A stretch of DNA of 48,192 nucleotides. It comes from an uncultured Alphaproteobacteria bacterium (lineage in GTDB: Bacteria > Pseudomonadota > Alphaproteobacteria > HIMB59 > GCA-002718135). A program made the position numbers and the translations under genes. Below the pieces are notes generated by a model. The model worked only from the letters and a program-made list of their open reading frames with translations, was not told the origin of the DNA and searched no databases. Below, in pieces: positions 15,996 to 26,200 of the stretch. Position 1 is the stretch's first letter, and each line of letters begins with the position of its first letter. The stretch is from positions 124,240 through 172,431 of the forward strand of contig CACBQR010000001.1 of the NCBI GenBank assembly GCA_902541435.1, in the 5' to 3' direction.

Positions 15996-16700
15996 GTGAT
16001 TAAATTATTTTACTATTTTTTACCATTTATTGTAATGTTTCTACCAAGTTTATGGGTAAATTATATTTTAAAAAAATATAATAAAATTTTACCTGATATG
16101 CCTTTCACTGGCAGAGAACTTGGAAAAAAAATCCTCGAAGAAGAAAACATTACCAATGTATCAATTAATCCTATTCAGCAATTAGATCATTATAACCCTA
16201 AAGAAAAAAAAATACATATCGCTACAGATAAACTTGATAAAAAAAGTATTACAAGCATTGCGGTTGTTGCACACGAAATTGGTCATGCAATTCAAGATAA
16301 AGAAAAATACAAACCACTTATTCTTAGACAATCATTAATTGAAAAAACAATGATCTTTCAAAGAATTGGCTCGTTTTTATTAATTATAGGACTACCGTCA
16401 ATTTTTGCCTTCACCAAAAGTCCATTTATCACCCTTATTGCTGGGATAATAATAATGGGATGTTTATCTACAAATGTGCTAATCCATTTGATTACTCTTC
16501 CTGTAGAATTTGATGCAAGTTTTAAGAGAGCCTTACCAATACTCAAAAGATTTGTTCCTAGAGAGAATATGCACCAATGCAAATCCGTTTTAAGAGCTGC
16601 TGCATTGACATATTTAGCTCAATCCATTGTAAGTATATTTAGATTAAAAATAATACTGTTATCTTTTATCAATATTTTTAAGTCAATTATAAGAAGATAA
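15996..16700 (+). CDS. membrane zinc metallopeptidase (YugP/Zn_peptidase_2)
   Basis: DHYNP, AHEIGHAIQ (HExxH), TLPVEFDAS.RA and AAALTY. Confidence 0.9.
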   Translation: MIKLFYYFLPFIVMFLPSLWVNYILKKYNKILPDMPFTGRELGKKILEEENITNVSINPIQQLDHYNPKEKKIHIATDKLDKKSITSIAVVAHEIGHAIQDKEKYKPLILRQSLIEKTMIFQRIGSFLLIIGLPSIFAFTKSPFITLIAGIIIMGCLSTNVLIHLITLPVEFDASFKRALPILKRFVPRENMHQCKSVLRAAALTYLAQSIVSIFRLKIILLSFINIFKSIIRR

Positions 16701-16748
16701 TATTTTTCTCTTTAAATAAAATGGGAAATTTATTAAGTTAGATAATTA

Positions 16749-19361
16749 ATGAATTTAAGTGAAAAAATATCTTTAATACTAGTAGATAAAGGTTTTTCTT
16801 TGTCTCCAAAAAAAAATACTGAAGATTTAATCAATTCTGGCACAGAATTTCACAAAAGTAATGAAGACATCAAAATTGCAGAACAACATGGTATCGCAGA
16901 TCAAATTTTTATTCTTTTAAAAGGTGAGGCTGAATATGTAAAATATCATAATAATGTTTTTTATAAATTAGCAACATTAAAGAATGCAGGGTCACCTCTT
17001 GGTATTTCATGCCTAAATGCGCCAGGTAGATATATGTCAGATATATTTATTAAAGGTAATTCAGAATATATTTCTATTAAAATAGAAAAGTTAAAAGAAT
17101 TGGAAGAAGTAGATCCGGATTATGCAAGTTTTTTTTATTCTTTTTTATTATTTGAATCAATTAATTTAATATGGTCATCTCGCAATTTAGAAAAACCCAT
17201 TGAACACAAAAACATTAATTTAGCTGATGGTGTTAAAACTGGTGGAGATATTGTAAATACCAAAAGAATTAAAAATTCAGCATTTTTAGCTTTTCTTGAT
17301 GATAACGATTTAGATGAATTAATACATTACGCAAACGTTAGATTATTTTCATCTGGTGAATTTATAACATTAGAAGGTAAAAATTCTGATGGAATAAATA
17401 TTTTGTTAAAAGGTAAGGTTGAAGCCTCTTTTAAAAATTTAAAAGATGACCAATTAGAAAACAATTCAAGATCAATAGCTAGACCAGGAGTAGCATTGTC
17501 CTTATCTTCAGGATTACATGAAATTGAATCACCCTACTCCTTAAAAGCAACAAGAGATACAACGATATTAAAATTCTCAAATGAATTTATTGATAATTTA
17601 ATTAAAACCAATCCAGAATTGGCAATCAAATTTTTTAAAAGACAATTATGGCAATTAGGACGGTATATTCAAAGTTCAACAGGCTTAACAACCTATCCAG
17701 CTAAAAATGAAAAAGAGTTTTTTCAATATTTATTAAATGATAATTCTGCAACAATACCAAGTAATTCCAAACTTTATACAATACCTCATTTATTAGAAAA
17801 TCATTTAACTCATTCTTTAGCATTCGATACAATTTATGATTTAATTATCACAGGTAATGATGATGAAAAATCTATAGCTAGTTTAATGATTGATGCATTG
17901 AGTGGCATAGAAAGAAAAAATAGATTTTTCAAACAACTAAACAAAATATACAACAGAGTTGCAAATTCATATGATTCAATAAATAAACAAGCATTACAAA
18001 AATTAACAAATTCAGATTTTATAAAAGCTTTTGATCAAGTACCTTATGTTATTAAAGGTATGGAGAATTTACCTGATGAAGCCACAAACATATTTTTTTA
18101 TAATCATTTGGCAAGCATTGAAGAAAATGGTTTAGCTAATGGACATCAATTTAGTATAGATAGTCACTTTATAAGTGCAAAAATTTTATTTCCAAAATAT
18201 GGTGATGGTGGTCAAAGAATTGCTCGATATTCTAGAAATACTGAATTCTGGAGATATAATTATTATGAGAATTTAGATTATATTTTTGTCCATACACCAG
18301 AATCAGATTATTTAAATGAAACTCAAGAACAAAAAAAGAAAAGAAAAAGTAGATTATTTATCGAAACTCAAAATATATTTGATCAAAACAGACCTTTAGT
18401 TATAGCACCAGAAGGTACATCTGAAACTGAAGATAATTTAACTCCAAATTCCCCAGGTCCATTAAAACCAGGTGCATTTTTATTAGCAGCCCAATTAAAA
18501 CCAGAGCCCCTTCTTGTTCCAATTGCATTAGCAAATTTTGATTATTCAATTTCTGATACTATTTATTCAGCAGTTATTAAAGAACCAATAAAAATAAAAG
18601 ATTTTGTAAATGATATGAAAAATAAAAAAGAGTTAGAAAATTTTTTATCTAAATATAGAAAAACTTTTAGAACATATGTTGAGGAAGCAATTGAATTAGC
18701 AAAATCTGCTTCAAAAAATAAAATTAATTATGAAGATGTGGTTAGTAACTTAAATTTAGTAAGCCCTATTGAGGAAGAATTTGAAGCAGACGTGAGAGAA
18801 TTAGAAATTAAATTACATTCAGATCAATATAAAAATAACAAAATAGTCTTATTTGGAAGTTCAACATTTAGAGACTGGGAAAATGCAAAAACTGATTTGT
18901 CATTTGATAGTTTATTAAATTTAGGATTTGGTGGTTCCACATTAGTATCATGCCGAACCTATTTTAATAGAATAGTAGTCCCAAATAATCCTGACAAGAT
19001 GATTTTTTATGCAGGTGATAATGATATAGGTAGCGGAATGAGTGCTGAAGATTTAGAAAATGAATTTTTATTATTTGCTTCTGAAGTTAATGAAAAATTA
19101 CCTCATACATTATGTTTTTTTGTTTCTATTAAACCAAGTGTATTTAGAAATAATTATTTAAATACAATATTAGATGCAAATAAACGAATTAAAAACAAAA
19201 TTGAGAATTTTAGTCAATGGCGCTATATTGATCTTTGCTCTCCTATGCTTGATGCTGGATTTGAAAAATTTTATTCAGAAGATCCATTACACATGAATGT
19301 GCTTGGTTACAGTCTCTTAAGTAAATTAATTAGAGATGAAATCTCGAAATTTACAATTTAA
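16749..19361 (+). CDS. multidomain protein: two cyclic-nucleotide-binding-like domains + PlsC-like acyltransferase + SGNH/GDSL hydrolase
   Basis: Two CAP-like beta-roll segments (IFILLKGEAE; FITLEG...INILLKGKVE...LKATRDT). Acyltransferase motifs YNHL, HQFSID, APEGT and LVPIA. SGNH blocks GSS, GFGG, GDND and DPLH. Confidence 0.8.
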   Translation: MNLSEKISLILVDKGFSLSPKKNTEDLINSGTEFHKSNEDIKIAEQHGIADQIFILLKGEAEYVKYHNNVFYKLATLKNAGSPLGISCLNAPGRYMSDIFIKGNSEYISIKIEKLKELEEVDPDYASFFYSFLLFESINLIWSSRNLEKPIEHKNINLADGVKTGGDIVNTKRIKNSAFLAFLDDNDLDELIHYANVRLFSSGEFITLEGKNSDGINILLKGKVEASFKNLKDDQLENNSRSIARPGVALSLSSGLHEIESPYSLKATRDTTILKFSNEFIDNLIKTNPELAIKFFKRQLWQLGRYIQSSTGLTTYPAKNEKEFFQYLLNDNSATIPSNSKLYTIPHLLENHLTHSLAFDTIYDLIITGNDDEKSIASLMIDALSGIERKNRFFKQLNKIYNRVANSYDSINKQALQKLTNSDFIKAFDQVPYVIKGMENLPDEATNIFFYNHLASIEENGLANGHQFSIDSHFISAKILFPKYGDGGQRIARYSRNTEFWRYNYYENLDYIFVHTPESDYLNETQEQKKKRKSRLFIETQNIFDQNRPLVIAPEGTSETEDNLTPNSPGPLKPGAFLLAAQLKPEPLLVPIALANFDYSISDTIYSAVIKEPIKIKDFVNDMKNKKELENFLSKYRKTFRTYVEEAIELAKSASKNKINYEDVVSNLNLVSPIEEEFEADVRELEIKLHSDQYKNNKIVLFGSSTFRDWENAKTDLSFDSLLNLGFGGSTLVSCRTYFNRIVVPNNPDKMIFYAGDNDIGSGMSAEDLENEFLLFASEVNEKLPHTLCFFVSIKPSVFRNNYLNTILDANKRIKNKIENFSQWRYIDLCSPMLDAGFEKFYSEDPLHMNVLGYSLLSKLIRDEISKFTI

Positions 19362-19374
19362 ACTTTAATAAAAA

Positions 19375-20397
19375 TTAAATTTTAATTTCTTTTCTTAGTT
19401 TATCAGATTTATATGAATTGAAGACTAATGATAAACTCTTTATGTTATCTTCACCACTGGTGTCGTGTTCAATATTATTTATTAGTGAGTCAATGAAATG
19501 TTTGTGCGTATTGATTACACTTTCTTGAATTTGATCCCAAGGTTTTGAAATCCATTTATATTTCTTTGGTTTTCCATCATAAATCTTCTTCTTATTATTT
19601 TTGTGAAGAGTAATTTTGTAATTGTAGTCTAAATCAATTGAGCCGTTAGAGAATTCTAAATTAATTAGAGTTTGAGCAAATCTGTCTGGTTTTTTTATTG
19701 AAGAAATAGATGCATCAACAATAGTAATACTGTTATTTCTATTTCTTATCAGGGATATAAAATCGGTTTCACCTTTAAATTTATTATTTGTATTTTGATT
19801 TACTGTATAAATACTTTTTGCTTCTCCCATAAAAAATCTACTTAAATCAAATAAATGGATTCCTACATCTAGGGTTAAATACTCTTTTAAATCGTATAAA
19901 TATGTTTGATTGGTATATCCAACAGGATTTGCATGTCTAAAAGATATCTTGGCATAATGTGGTTTCGTTAACTGCTCTTTATTTATAATTTCTTTTAATT
20001 TTAATAGAGGGCTTTGCCATCTAAAATTCTCATGAACCATAAGTGGTGTTTTATTTTTTTTATATAAAGAAACAATTTTTTTTGCATTTGATAAATTTTC
20101 AGCAAATGGCTTTTGTATAGAAGTTGGAATTTTATACTTAGATAAAATTTTTCCAATATATAAGTGTGTCTCCATTGTTGTTACAACATCAACAAAGTCA
20201 ATTTTATGTTTTTTTAACATTAATTCTATAGATGAATAAGAATGCAAAATGTTAAATTTAGATTTGAATTTATTAGCTTTTTTTATATCTAAATCACAAA
20301 CACATATTATTTCTATGTTTCTTAATTCTTTCCAAGCTAAAACATGATTTTCAGCAAAGAAACCGCAACCGATTAATGCTCCTTTTAATTTTTTCAT
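19375..20397 (-). CDS. apsD: D-apiose dehydrogenase (Gfo/Idh/MocA family)
   Basis: LKGALIGCGFFA, QKPFA, PLMVHENFRWQ, D.GIH..D..RF, PW..IQESV and TSG.DN match ApsD as recalled. The gene is coupled to apnL. Confidence 0.75.
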   Translation of the reverse strand: MKKLKGALIGCGFFAENHVLAWKELRNIEIICVCDLDIKKANKFKSKFNILHSYSSIELMLKKHKIDFVDVVTTMETHLYIGKILSKYKIPTSIQKPFAENLSNAKKIVSLYKKNKTPLMVHENFRWQSPLLKLKEIINKEQLTKPHYAKISFRHANPVGYTNQTYLYDLKEYLTLDVGIHLFDLSRFFMGEAKSIYTVNQNTNNKFKGETDFISLIRNRNNSITIVDASISSIKKPDRFAQTLINLEFSNGSIDLDYNYKITLHKNNKKKIYDGKPKKYKWISKPWDQIQESVINTHKHFIDSLINNIEHDTSGEDNIKSLSLVFNSYKSDKLRKEIKI

Positions 20398-22235
20398 TTA
20401 TCTTCTACAAATTTGATTTCTAATGGTTCAAATGCATAAGGATTTGAATCTTTTTTAAAGTTAAAAAAAGAAAAATCATTATTAAAAATATCAGTATAAT
20501 TTTTTAAATTAAGCTTGTATTGATTACTGAAATTTATTTCAGGAATAATAATTTCCTTTTTTTGTTTTGAGGAATTGACAAATAAATAATAATTTTTATT
20601 ATTTAGTATAATTTTTAATCCATACACTTCGTTAACTGGATTAAATTTAAAAATTTCTGAATTTGTTAATGAAATAAGAAAATTATTTAAATGATACAAT
20701 GGTCTTTTGGTATTATCTTTATTTAATATTCCGTGATGCCCATAAATAGAATTAAAAGTAAAAAATTTTGATTCTTTATTTATTGATTGAATAAAAATTG
20801 CCAGTGTCCAAGTTAGTGAAAATAATTGATCATGCCTTGGATCGCTATCAGCCATTTCTAATCTTATTTTCTTTTTATTACTTACAAGACTTTCACCATA
20901 AGGATTGAAATGCATACCAATAGAAATTGGACCAATATGAACATCAGTACTTTTAGAAAAATTTTTTAAAGTTTTAAGGATATAAGGTATAGTTTCAGGT
21001 GTATTTAACACACCAAAATCACTAGAATCATGAACAATTGGAGTGAATGAAAAACTAACCAAATCATAAAACATTTTTGGTCTCTTTCTATTTAATTCTG
21101 TAAAATTAGTGACCATTCCAGAAACAATTTGACTATTAGAAAATATTTTTTTCGCTATTTTATAGTATTCATTTAATTCTGGAACTTTAGGCCATTCACC
21201 AGCTGGTTGAAAACTATTCAAATATATTTTAGGACAAATTAAAATTTTATCTAAATTAATAGTATTTTCAGCTACAAAATTATAAATTTTTGTTAACTCT
21301 TCTTCAGGATCATTAGTATGATCAACTAAAGCTACAAGAAACACCTTTTTGTCAGAACTTGAAGTTATACTCTTAAAATCTTCAGTAAAATCAATAAGAT
21401 AGTAATAATAATCAAAGTTTTTTATTAAATTATCATCAGGAAGAATTGGAGAATCAATTTTTATACCAATTTTAGGGAATTTATAGGAAGTAGTATGATC
21501 AATTTTTACAATATTCATAGATGGAAATGATCTTTGTTTTTTATTTTCTACATCTATTTTAACAGTTTGAGAGAATTTAGACCCCCTTTTTTCTAAATAT
21601 GGAAAAGGATTTAATAAAGAACCACTATATATTTTGTAAGAAGCATCACCCCAATTTCTTTGATCCTCCATTTCAAATAAAATACCCTCGAAATTAATAT
21701 TAACCAACAAACTATTGTCTAAAGTATAAGAAAGGTTTTTAAATTTAAAAAATGGTTGGTCGGGTTTTATATTTTCTGGAAATTTTTTTTTCTCTTCTAA
21801 ATCGTTACCTTTTTTTACAATGATGTTTGAACCAACATGATTTTGTAATGGAATTAATAAATTAAAACCTATTCTATTAGTCCAAAAATCAGTTAAAAAT
21901 TCTCCTTCAGAAGATAGAGTAATAGAATTTTCAGAAAATAATATTACATTTCTTGTTTTAAGAACTTCATCTATACCATATTCTAAATCGAATATATATT
22001 CTAAGGATGTATCAAAGTTCTCTTCATAATTTAGAATTTTAGGATCATAGTTATTCCAATTTTTGTCTCTTACCAAAAATGATATCATCTTTAAAATTTG
22101 AAAATTTTGAAAAGATATATTTCGAAAAAAAAGATTATCTTTTAATAAGGTAAAATTATTATTTGAATTTTTTATAAATTTTTCATCCAACAATTTAGAG
22201 TTATACATATAATTTTGATACTGATTTATAATCAT
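20394..22235 (-). CDS. apnL: D-apionate lactonase-like protein
   Basis: FLVRDKNW, TNRIGF, FEMEDQRNWGDASYKIY, FTELNRKRP, PIVH and DPRH motifs. The start is probably the second Met (MYNSK). Confidence 0.75.
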   Translation of the reverse strand: MIINQYQNYMYNSKLLDEKFIKNSNNNFTLLKDNLFFRNISFQNFQILKMISFLVRDKNWNNYDPKILNYEENFDTSLEYIFDLEYGIDEVLKTRNVILFSENSITLSSEGEFLTDFWTNRIGFNLLIPLQNHVGSNIIVKKGNDLEEKKKFPENIKPDQPFFKFKNLSYTLDNSLLVNINFEGILFEMEDQRNWGDASYKIYSGSLLNPFPYLEKRGSKFSQTVKIDVENKKQRSFPSMNIVKIDHTTSYKFPKIGIKIDSPILPDDNLIKNFDYYYYLIDFTEDFKSITSSSDKKVFLVALVDHTNDPEEELTKIYNFVAENTINLDKILICPKIYLNSFQPAGEWPKVPELNEYYKIAKKIFSNSQIVSGMVTNFTELNRKRPKMFYDLVSFSFTPIVHDSSDFGVLNTPETIPYILKTLKNFSKSTDVHIGPISIGMHFNPYGESLVSNKKKIRLEMADSDPRHDQLFSLTWTLAIFIQSINKESKFFTFNSIYGHHGILNKDNTKRPLYHLNNFLISLTNSEIFKFNPVNEVYGLKIILNNKNYYLFVNSSKQKKEIIIPEINFSNQYKLNLKNYTDIFNNDFSFFNFKKDSNPYAFEPLEIKFVEDK

Positions 22236-23448
22236 TATATTCTGATATTAAATCTGATTTATTTTTTTTATATTTTGTATTTTTGATTAAACTTAAAAAA
22301 ATAAGTTCTCGTTGAGCAAAACTACCTCCAAGATATTTAAATTGTGATTTAATTATATTTTCGTTTAATAATTCATTTGTTTTCATACTGTGAATGATTG
22401 GCCTTAAGTAATTAATATAATTTTCTTTAAAAGAATTTTCTAAATAATTTTCTTCCATTCTCTCTTCAAGTTGCTGAAAATAATCTTGGTCATTATAGTA
22501 TAAGTAATAAAAAATAAGATGATAATCAATGAATGGAAGTATGTGTTGATTTTTAAAATATTCAGCATAATCTTTTAATTTATCCATTCTTTCTTTAACA
22601 TCCACTCCTTTGTAATGAAGTCTTAATAAAAAAGAACAAGCATTGCAAAAATCTAAATAAAAAATTTCAGAAGAAGAGAAATAATTATCAAATAGTTTTA
22701 AACTTTTCTCATATTCTTGATTGTAAAATAATATTAGTGATTGGTGCCACCATATATGTCTTTTTATTGGTCCATAAATTGACCAATTAATTTTATTAAA
22801 ATTGTCATTGTTATTAATTGAGTCGTTATTCTCATTATCATGTACATGCAAAAGAGCGTGCCAACTCCACAAATCATTTGATGATTGTTTTAGTGAATTT
22901 AAGGCTAAAAGCTTAGCTTTATCAATTATATTATTTTCTTCAAAAGCATAACTAGTCATCCCTAATAGTAAATTATAATGCTGATCATTTTCAGACCACT
23001 TACTTAGTATTTCCTCATGTTTATTTAAAAATTTACTATCAATACCCAAGAAAATATTATTAAAATGAAATAATCTGATTGCAAAAATATCTTTGGGATT
23101 ATTTTTTATAATTAATTCCAATTTATTTAATAAATTTTTTAAATCATTTTTAATCCAGAGATTTACTATCTCTAAATATTGATGAAAATAATCATTTAAT
23201 TCATCAGTGGAAATTGATTTTAATGTTTCTCTAGCTAATGAAATTTTTTGTACATCTCTAGAAAAAAGCAATAAAACTATTTTTAATAATTTTGGAGCAT
23301 TAAATTCTGGTTTTTTTTTAATTAATTTGTTAGTTTTATAAAAAGCATCTTTCTTAAAATAAATATATGAATCGATACATTCTTTGAAACTATTTATTTC
23401 ATCATCTTTATTACTATCTATCCATTTATAAAAATAATTATTTTGCAT
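22201..23448 (-). CDS. TTC38-like tetratricopeptide repeat protein
   Basis: W..HA..HV, HIWWH and GGS.AQR motifs typical of the TTC38 family. Confidence 0.75.
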   Translation of the reverse strand: MQNNYFYKWIDSNKDDEINSFKECIDSYIYFKKDAFYKTNKLIKKKPEFNAPKLLKIVLLLFSRDVQKISLARETLKSISTDELNDYFHQYLEIVNLWIKNDLKNLLNKLELIIKNNPKDIFAIRLFHFNNIFLGIDSKFLNKHEEILSKWSENDQHYNLLLGMTSYAFEENNIIDKAKLLALNSLKQSSNDLWSWHALLHVHDNENNDSINNNDNFNKINWSIYGPIKRHIWWHQSLILFYNQEYEKSLKLFDNYFSSSEIFYLDFCNACSFLLRLHYKGVDVKERMDKLKDYAEYFKNQHILPFIDYHLIFYYLYYNDQDYFQQLEERMEENYLENSFKENYINYLRPIIHSMKTNELLNENIIKSQFKYLGGSFAQRELIFLSLIKNTKYKKNKSDLISEYNDYKSVSKLYV

Positions 23449-23490
23449 TTACTAATAATACACATAATCTAACGATGTTAAATATTAATA

Positions 23491-24381
23491 TTATGAATTA
23501 ATATTTAATCTCTTTCTTGTAATTTCTTTATTTAATTGAAGTTCTCTGTAAGAAATTAGAAGCACACCACAAAAAATTACAGAGGCACCTAACCAGGTAT
23601 AAAAATCAGGTTTATCACTAAAGACAAAATATCCAATTATTGATGAAACTACTAAGCCTAAAAATGAATAAGGTTGAGTCATAGTTACATCAACTAATTT
23701 ATATGCATGATTTAATGCAATATGTAGTATAGTTCCTGACATTGCAGCACATAATATAAAAATAATTGTTTTTGAGCTTGGCTGATCCCAAAAATATATA
23801 ACTAATGGAAATGAAAAAAGACTCATATAAACATACTGGTGTGATAATATTGTTATAGCACTATCATCCTTAGATACTTTTTTAGTTAAAATTATAACTA
23901 CTGACCAAATTAGCGATGAAATAAGCGCCATATATATTCCAATAGAAATATCTATAATACCGGGTCGCAATATTATTAACATTCCTAGAAAACCCATCAC
24001 TAATGCAATTGACCTATATAAATAGATTTTTTCTTTTAAAAATATCACAGCTAAGATTGTAACAATGATAGGAACTATAAAATGAATGGCTGTCATTTTC
24101 TCTAATGGAAGCATAGCTAAAGCTGCAAAACCAAGTAGCATTGCAGGTAAGTTTAGTGCTGACCGTAAAATATGAATTTTTAAATTTTTTGTACTAAATA
24201 CTTCAAATTTTGTTTTTAGAATGTAAGGGGTGATGATTAAAAATCCAAAGAAAAAACGTAAAAAACCAGTTGTAAATACATTTAATTCTTCTTGAGCTAA
24301 TTTTATAAATGTACCCATAAGAGTACCAAAAATAATTGATATAATAATTAAAAAAATTGCAAATTGATTATTGTTTAACAA
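23491..24381 (-). CDS. DMT/EamA family transporter
   Basis: About 10 TM segments, with LKEKI...GFLGMLIILRPG and FSDKPD motifs. Confidence 0.9.
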   Translation of the reverse strand: MLNNNQFAIFLIIISIIFGTLMGTFIKLAQEELNVFTTGFLRFFFGFLIITPYILKTKFEVFSTKNLKIHILRSALNLPAMLLGFAALAMLPLEKMTAIHFIVPIIVTILAVIFLKEKIYLYRSIALVMGFLGMLIILRPGIIDISIGIYMALISSLIWSVVIILTKKVSKDDSAITILSHQYVYMSLFSFPLVIYFWDQPSSKTIIFILCAAMSGTILHIALNHAYKLVDVTMTQPYSFLGLVVSSIIGYFVFSDKPDFYTWLGASVIFCGVLLISYRELQLNKEITRKRLNINS

Positions 24382-24476
24382 ATAATATTCCTACCTAAAA
24401 AGAATTAGAATAATCATAACACAATTTTTCCTTATTTATATCTATATTAAAACAAAATTTGATTATATTTGAAAAA

Positions 24477-24554
24477 TTGTGGCACTTTTCAAAAGAATAG
24501 TTCTTTTTTTCATAACATTAATTTTCATTATAATTCTCCTTGTAGGTGCCACGA
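24477..24554. repeat. intergenic inverted-repeat element, copy 1 (GTGGCAC...GTGCCAC)
   Basis: GTGGCAC at 24479-24485 and GTGCCAC at 24546-24552, extendable to 11 bp with G-U pairs on +. Related to the element at 28475-28543. Confidence 0.6.
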
Positions 24555-24574
24555 CTTCATTTTAAGATTAGAAA

Positions 24575-24994
24575 ATGTTAAATCTACAAGATGAATTGAT
24601 AATTTCTAATAATGGACAGGGAATGTATGAAATTACAAATAATATTCATGATTGGATTGTAAAAAATAATATAATTAAAGGTCAGCTAAATTTATTTATA
24701 CAACACACTTCTGCCTCATTAACAATCATGGAAAATGCTAGCCCCGATGTTTTAGTTGATATTAATTCTTTTTTTCAAAAAATAGTTCCTGAAGATTCTT
24801 CATTATATAAACACGGTTTTGAAGGAGATGATGATATGCCTGCTCACATAAAATCTATGCTTACTCATACCTCATTAACAATTCCTATAAACAATAAAGA
24901 AATGCAATTAGGTATCTGGCAAGGAATATATTTAATTGAACATAGGTATAGTAAATACCAAAGAAAAATAATTTTAAGTTTTGTGGGAAATTAA
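24575..24994 (+). CDS. yjbQ: YjbQ/UPF0047 family protein
   Basis: HTSASL, ENA.PDV, EG.DDMPAHIKS and LG.WQGIYL.EHR. Confidence 0.92.
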   Translation: MLNLQDELIISNNGQGMYEITNNIHDWIVKNNIIKGQLNLFIQHTSASLTIMENASPDVLVDINSFFQKIVPEDSSLYKHGFEGDDDMPAHIKSMLTHTSLTIPINNKEMQLGIWQGIYLIEHRYSKYQRKIILSFVGN

Positions 24995-24996
24995 AT

Positions 24997-26151
24997 TTAC
25001 TGATTTCTAACAGTAACTAGGAATAATGCTGTATTAATAAACCAGATAAAACATAAAAGTTGCACATTAAATGTTAATCCAAAATAATCTGCTGAAAAAC
25101 CAACCAACGCAGGTCCGATTAAAAAACCGCCCATTGCTAAAGTACTTAAATTAGCTGCAGTAGTATTTATATTTTGTTTTGTTTGCCTTAGGGCATACCT
25201 TATAACAACAGGATAGAAATTAGATGAGCAAATTCCTATAATGAATATTCCAATTAAAATAATATAAGGATTAAATGTTAAAATAGAAATAAAAAAAATA
25301 ATACATCCTATTAAACCCAAATATCCTCCAACAAATTTTTCATTGATCAATTTTATTAAAAATGATCCTGAAAATCTTCCTAATGACTCTCCACTACCCC
25401 AAGCAACAACGGCCAAAGTTGCAAAAAATACTGTTGTCTTTAATTCTTTTTCAAACCAAACTGCTGACCAATCACCTACTATTCCAACTGAAGCATAAAA
25501 TATAAATAAATAAATTCCAAAAATTAATATTTTAACTTCAGGTAATTTAAATTTTTCTGATTTATCAATATTATCTTTATTTTTAGGAAAAGCATATATG
25601 CGAATAAGAAAGAAACCTAGTATTCCAAATAAAGAAAGTAAAAAAAATAAATAAGAGGTATCGATATTGTAATATTGCCAAATAGATGAAAATATTGCTC
25701 CACATAAAAATCCAAAACTTAAAAATCCACCCCATAGAGGTTGTAAGATTTTTCTTGTCTCCCTTTCAGCTATTCCAGTTACTGCTGTGCATGTTGTATA
25801 AAATAATCCTACACCAAAACCACAAGGAATTGATGCTAATATAAAATGAAACGAATTTTGTGAAAAAATTATAATAATTGGAAATATGGAGAATATTAAA
25901 ATTCCTAATGATAAAGTATTTTTTGAACCTATTTTTGGTATTATAATTCTACCAGCAAATTGACTAAAAATAATTTGAATTGCTGAAAATAGCATAAAGA
26001 AAAAACCCAATGACGTGCTAGCCATTTCAATTTTATTGATAAAATATGGTAAATGGGCAATGGTGTTACCCCAAATAAATAAAGGAACAAATATCGATAT
26101 ACAAGCGCTAATAAAGCCTCTTAAATAAACATCTTTAAAGTATTCGTTCAT
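24997..26151 (-). CDS. MFS transporter
   Basis: About 12 TM segments, with DWSA, GR..G and G.LIGPALVG motifs. Confidence 0.85.
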   Translation of the reverse strand: MNEYFKDVYLRGFISACISIFVPLFIWGNTIAHLPYFINKIEMASTSLGFFFMLFSAIQIIFSQFAGRIIIPKIGSKNTLSLGILIFSIFPIIIIFSQNSFHFILASIPCGFGVGLFYTTCTAVTGIAERETRKILQPLWGGFLSFGFLCGAIFSSIWQYYNIDTSYLFFLLSLFGILGFFLIRIYAFPKNKDNIDKSEKFKLPEVKILIFGIYLFIFYASVGIVGDWSAVWFEKELKTTVFFATLAVVAWGSGESLGRFSGSFLIKLINEKFVGGYLGLIGCIIFFISILTFNPYIILIGIFIIGICSSNFYPVVIRYALRQTKQNINTTAANLSTLAMGGFLIGPALVGFSADYFGLTFNVQLLCFIWFINTALFLVTVRNQ

Positions 26152-26200
26152 TTTATTTTATATGAATAAATTGATTTATAAATTAAACTAAAATTATTAA

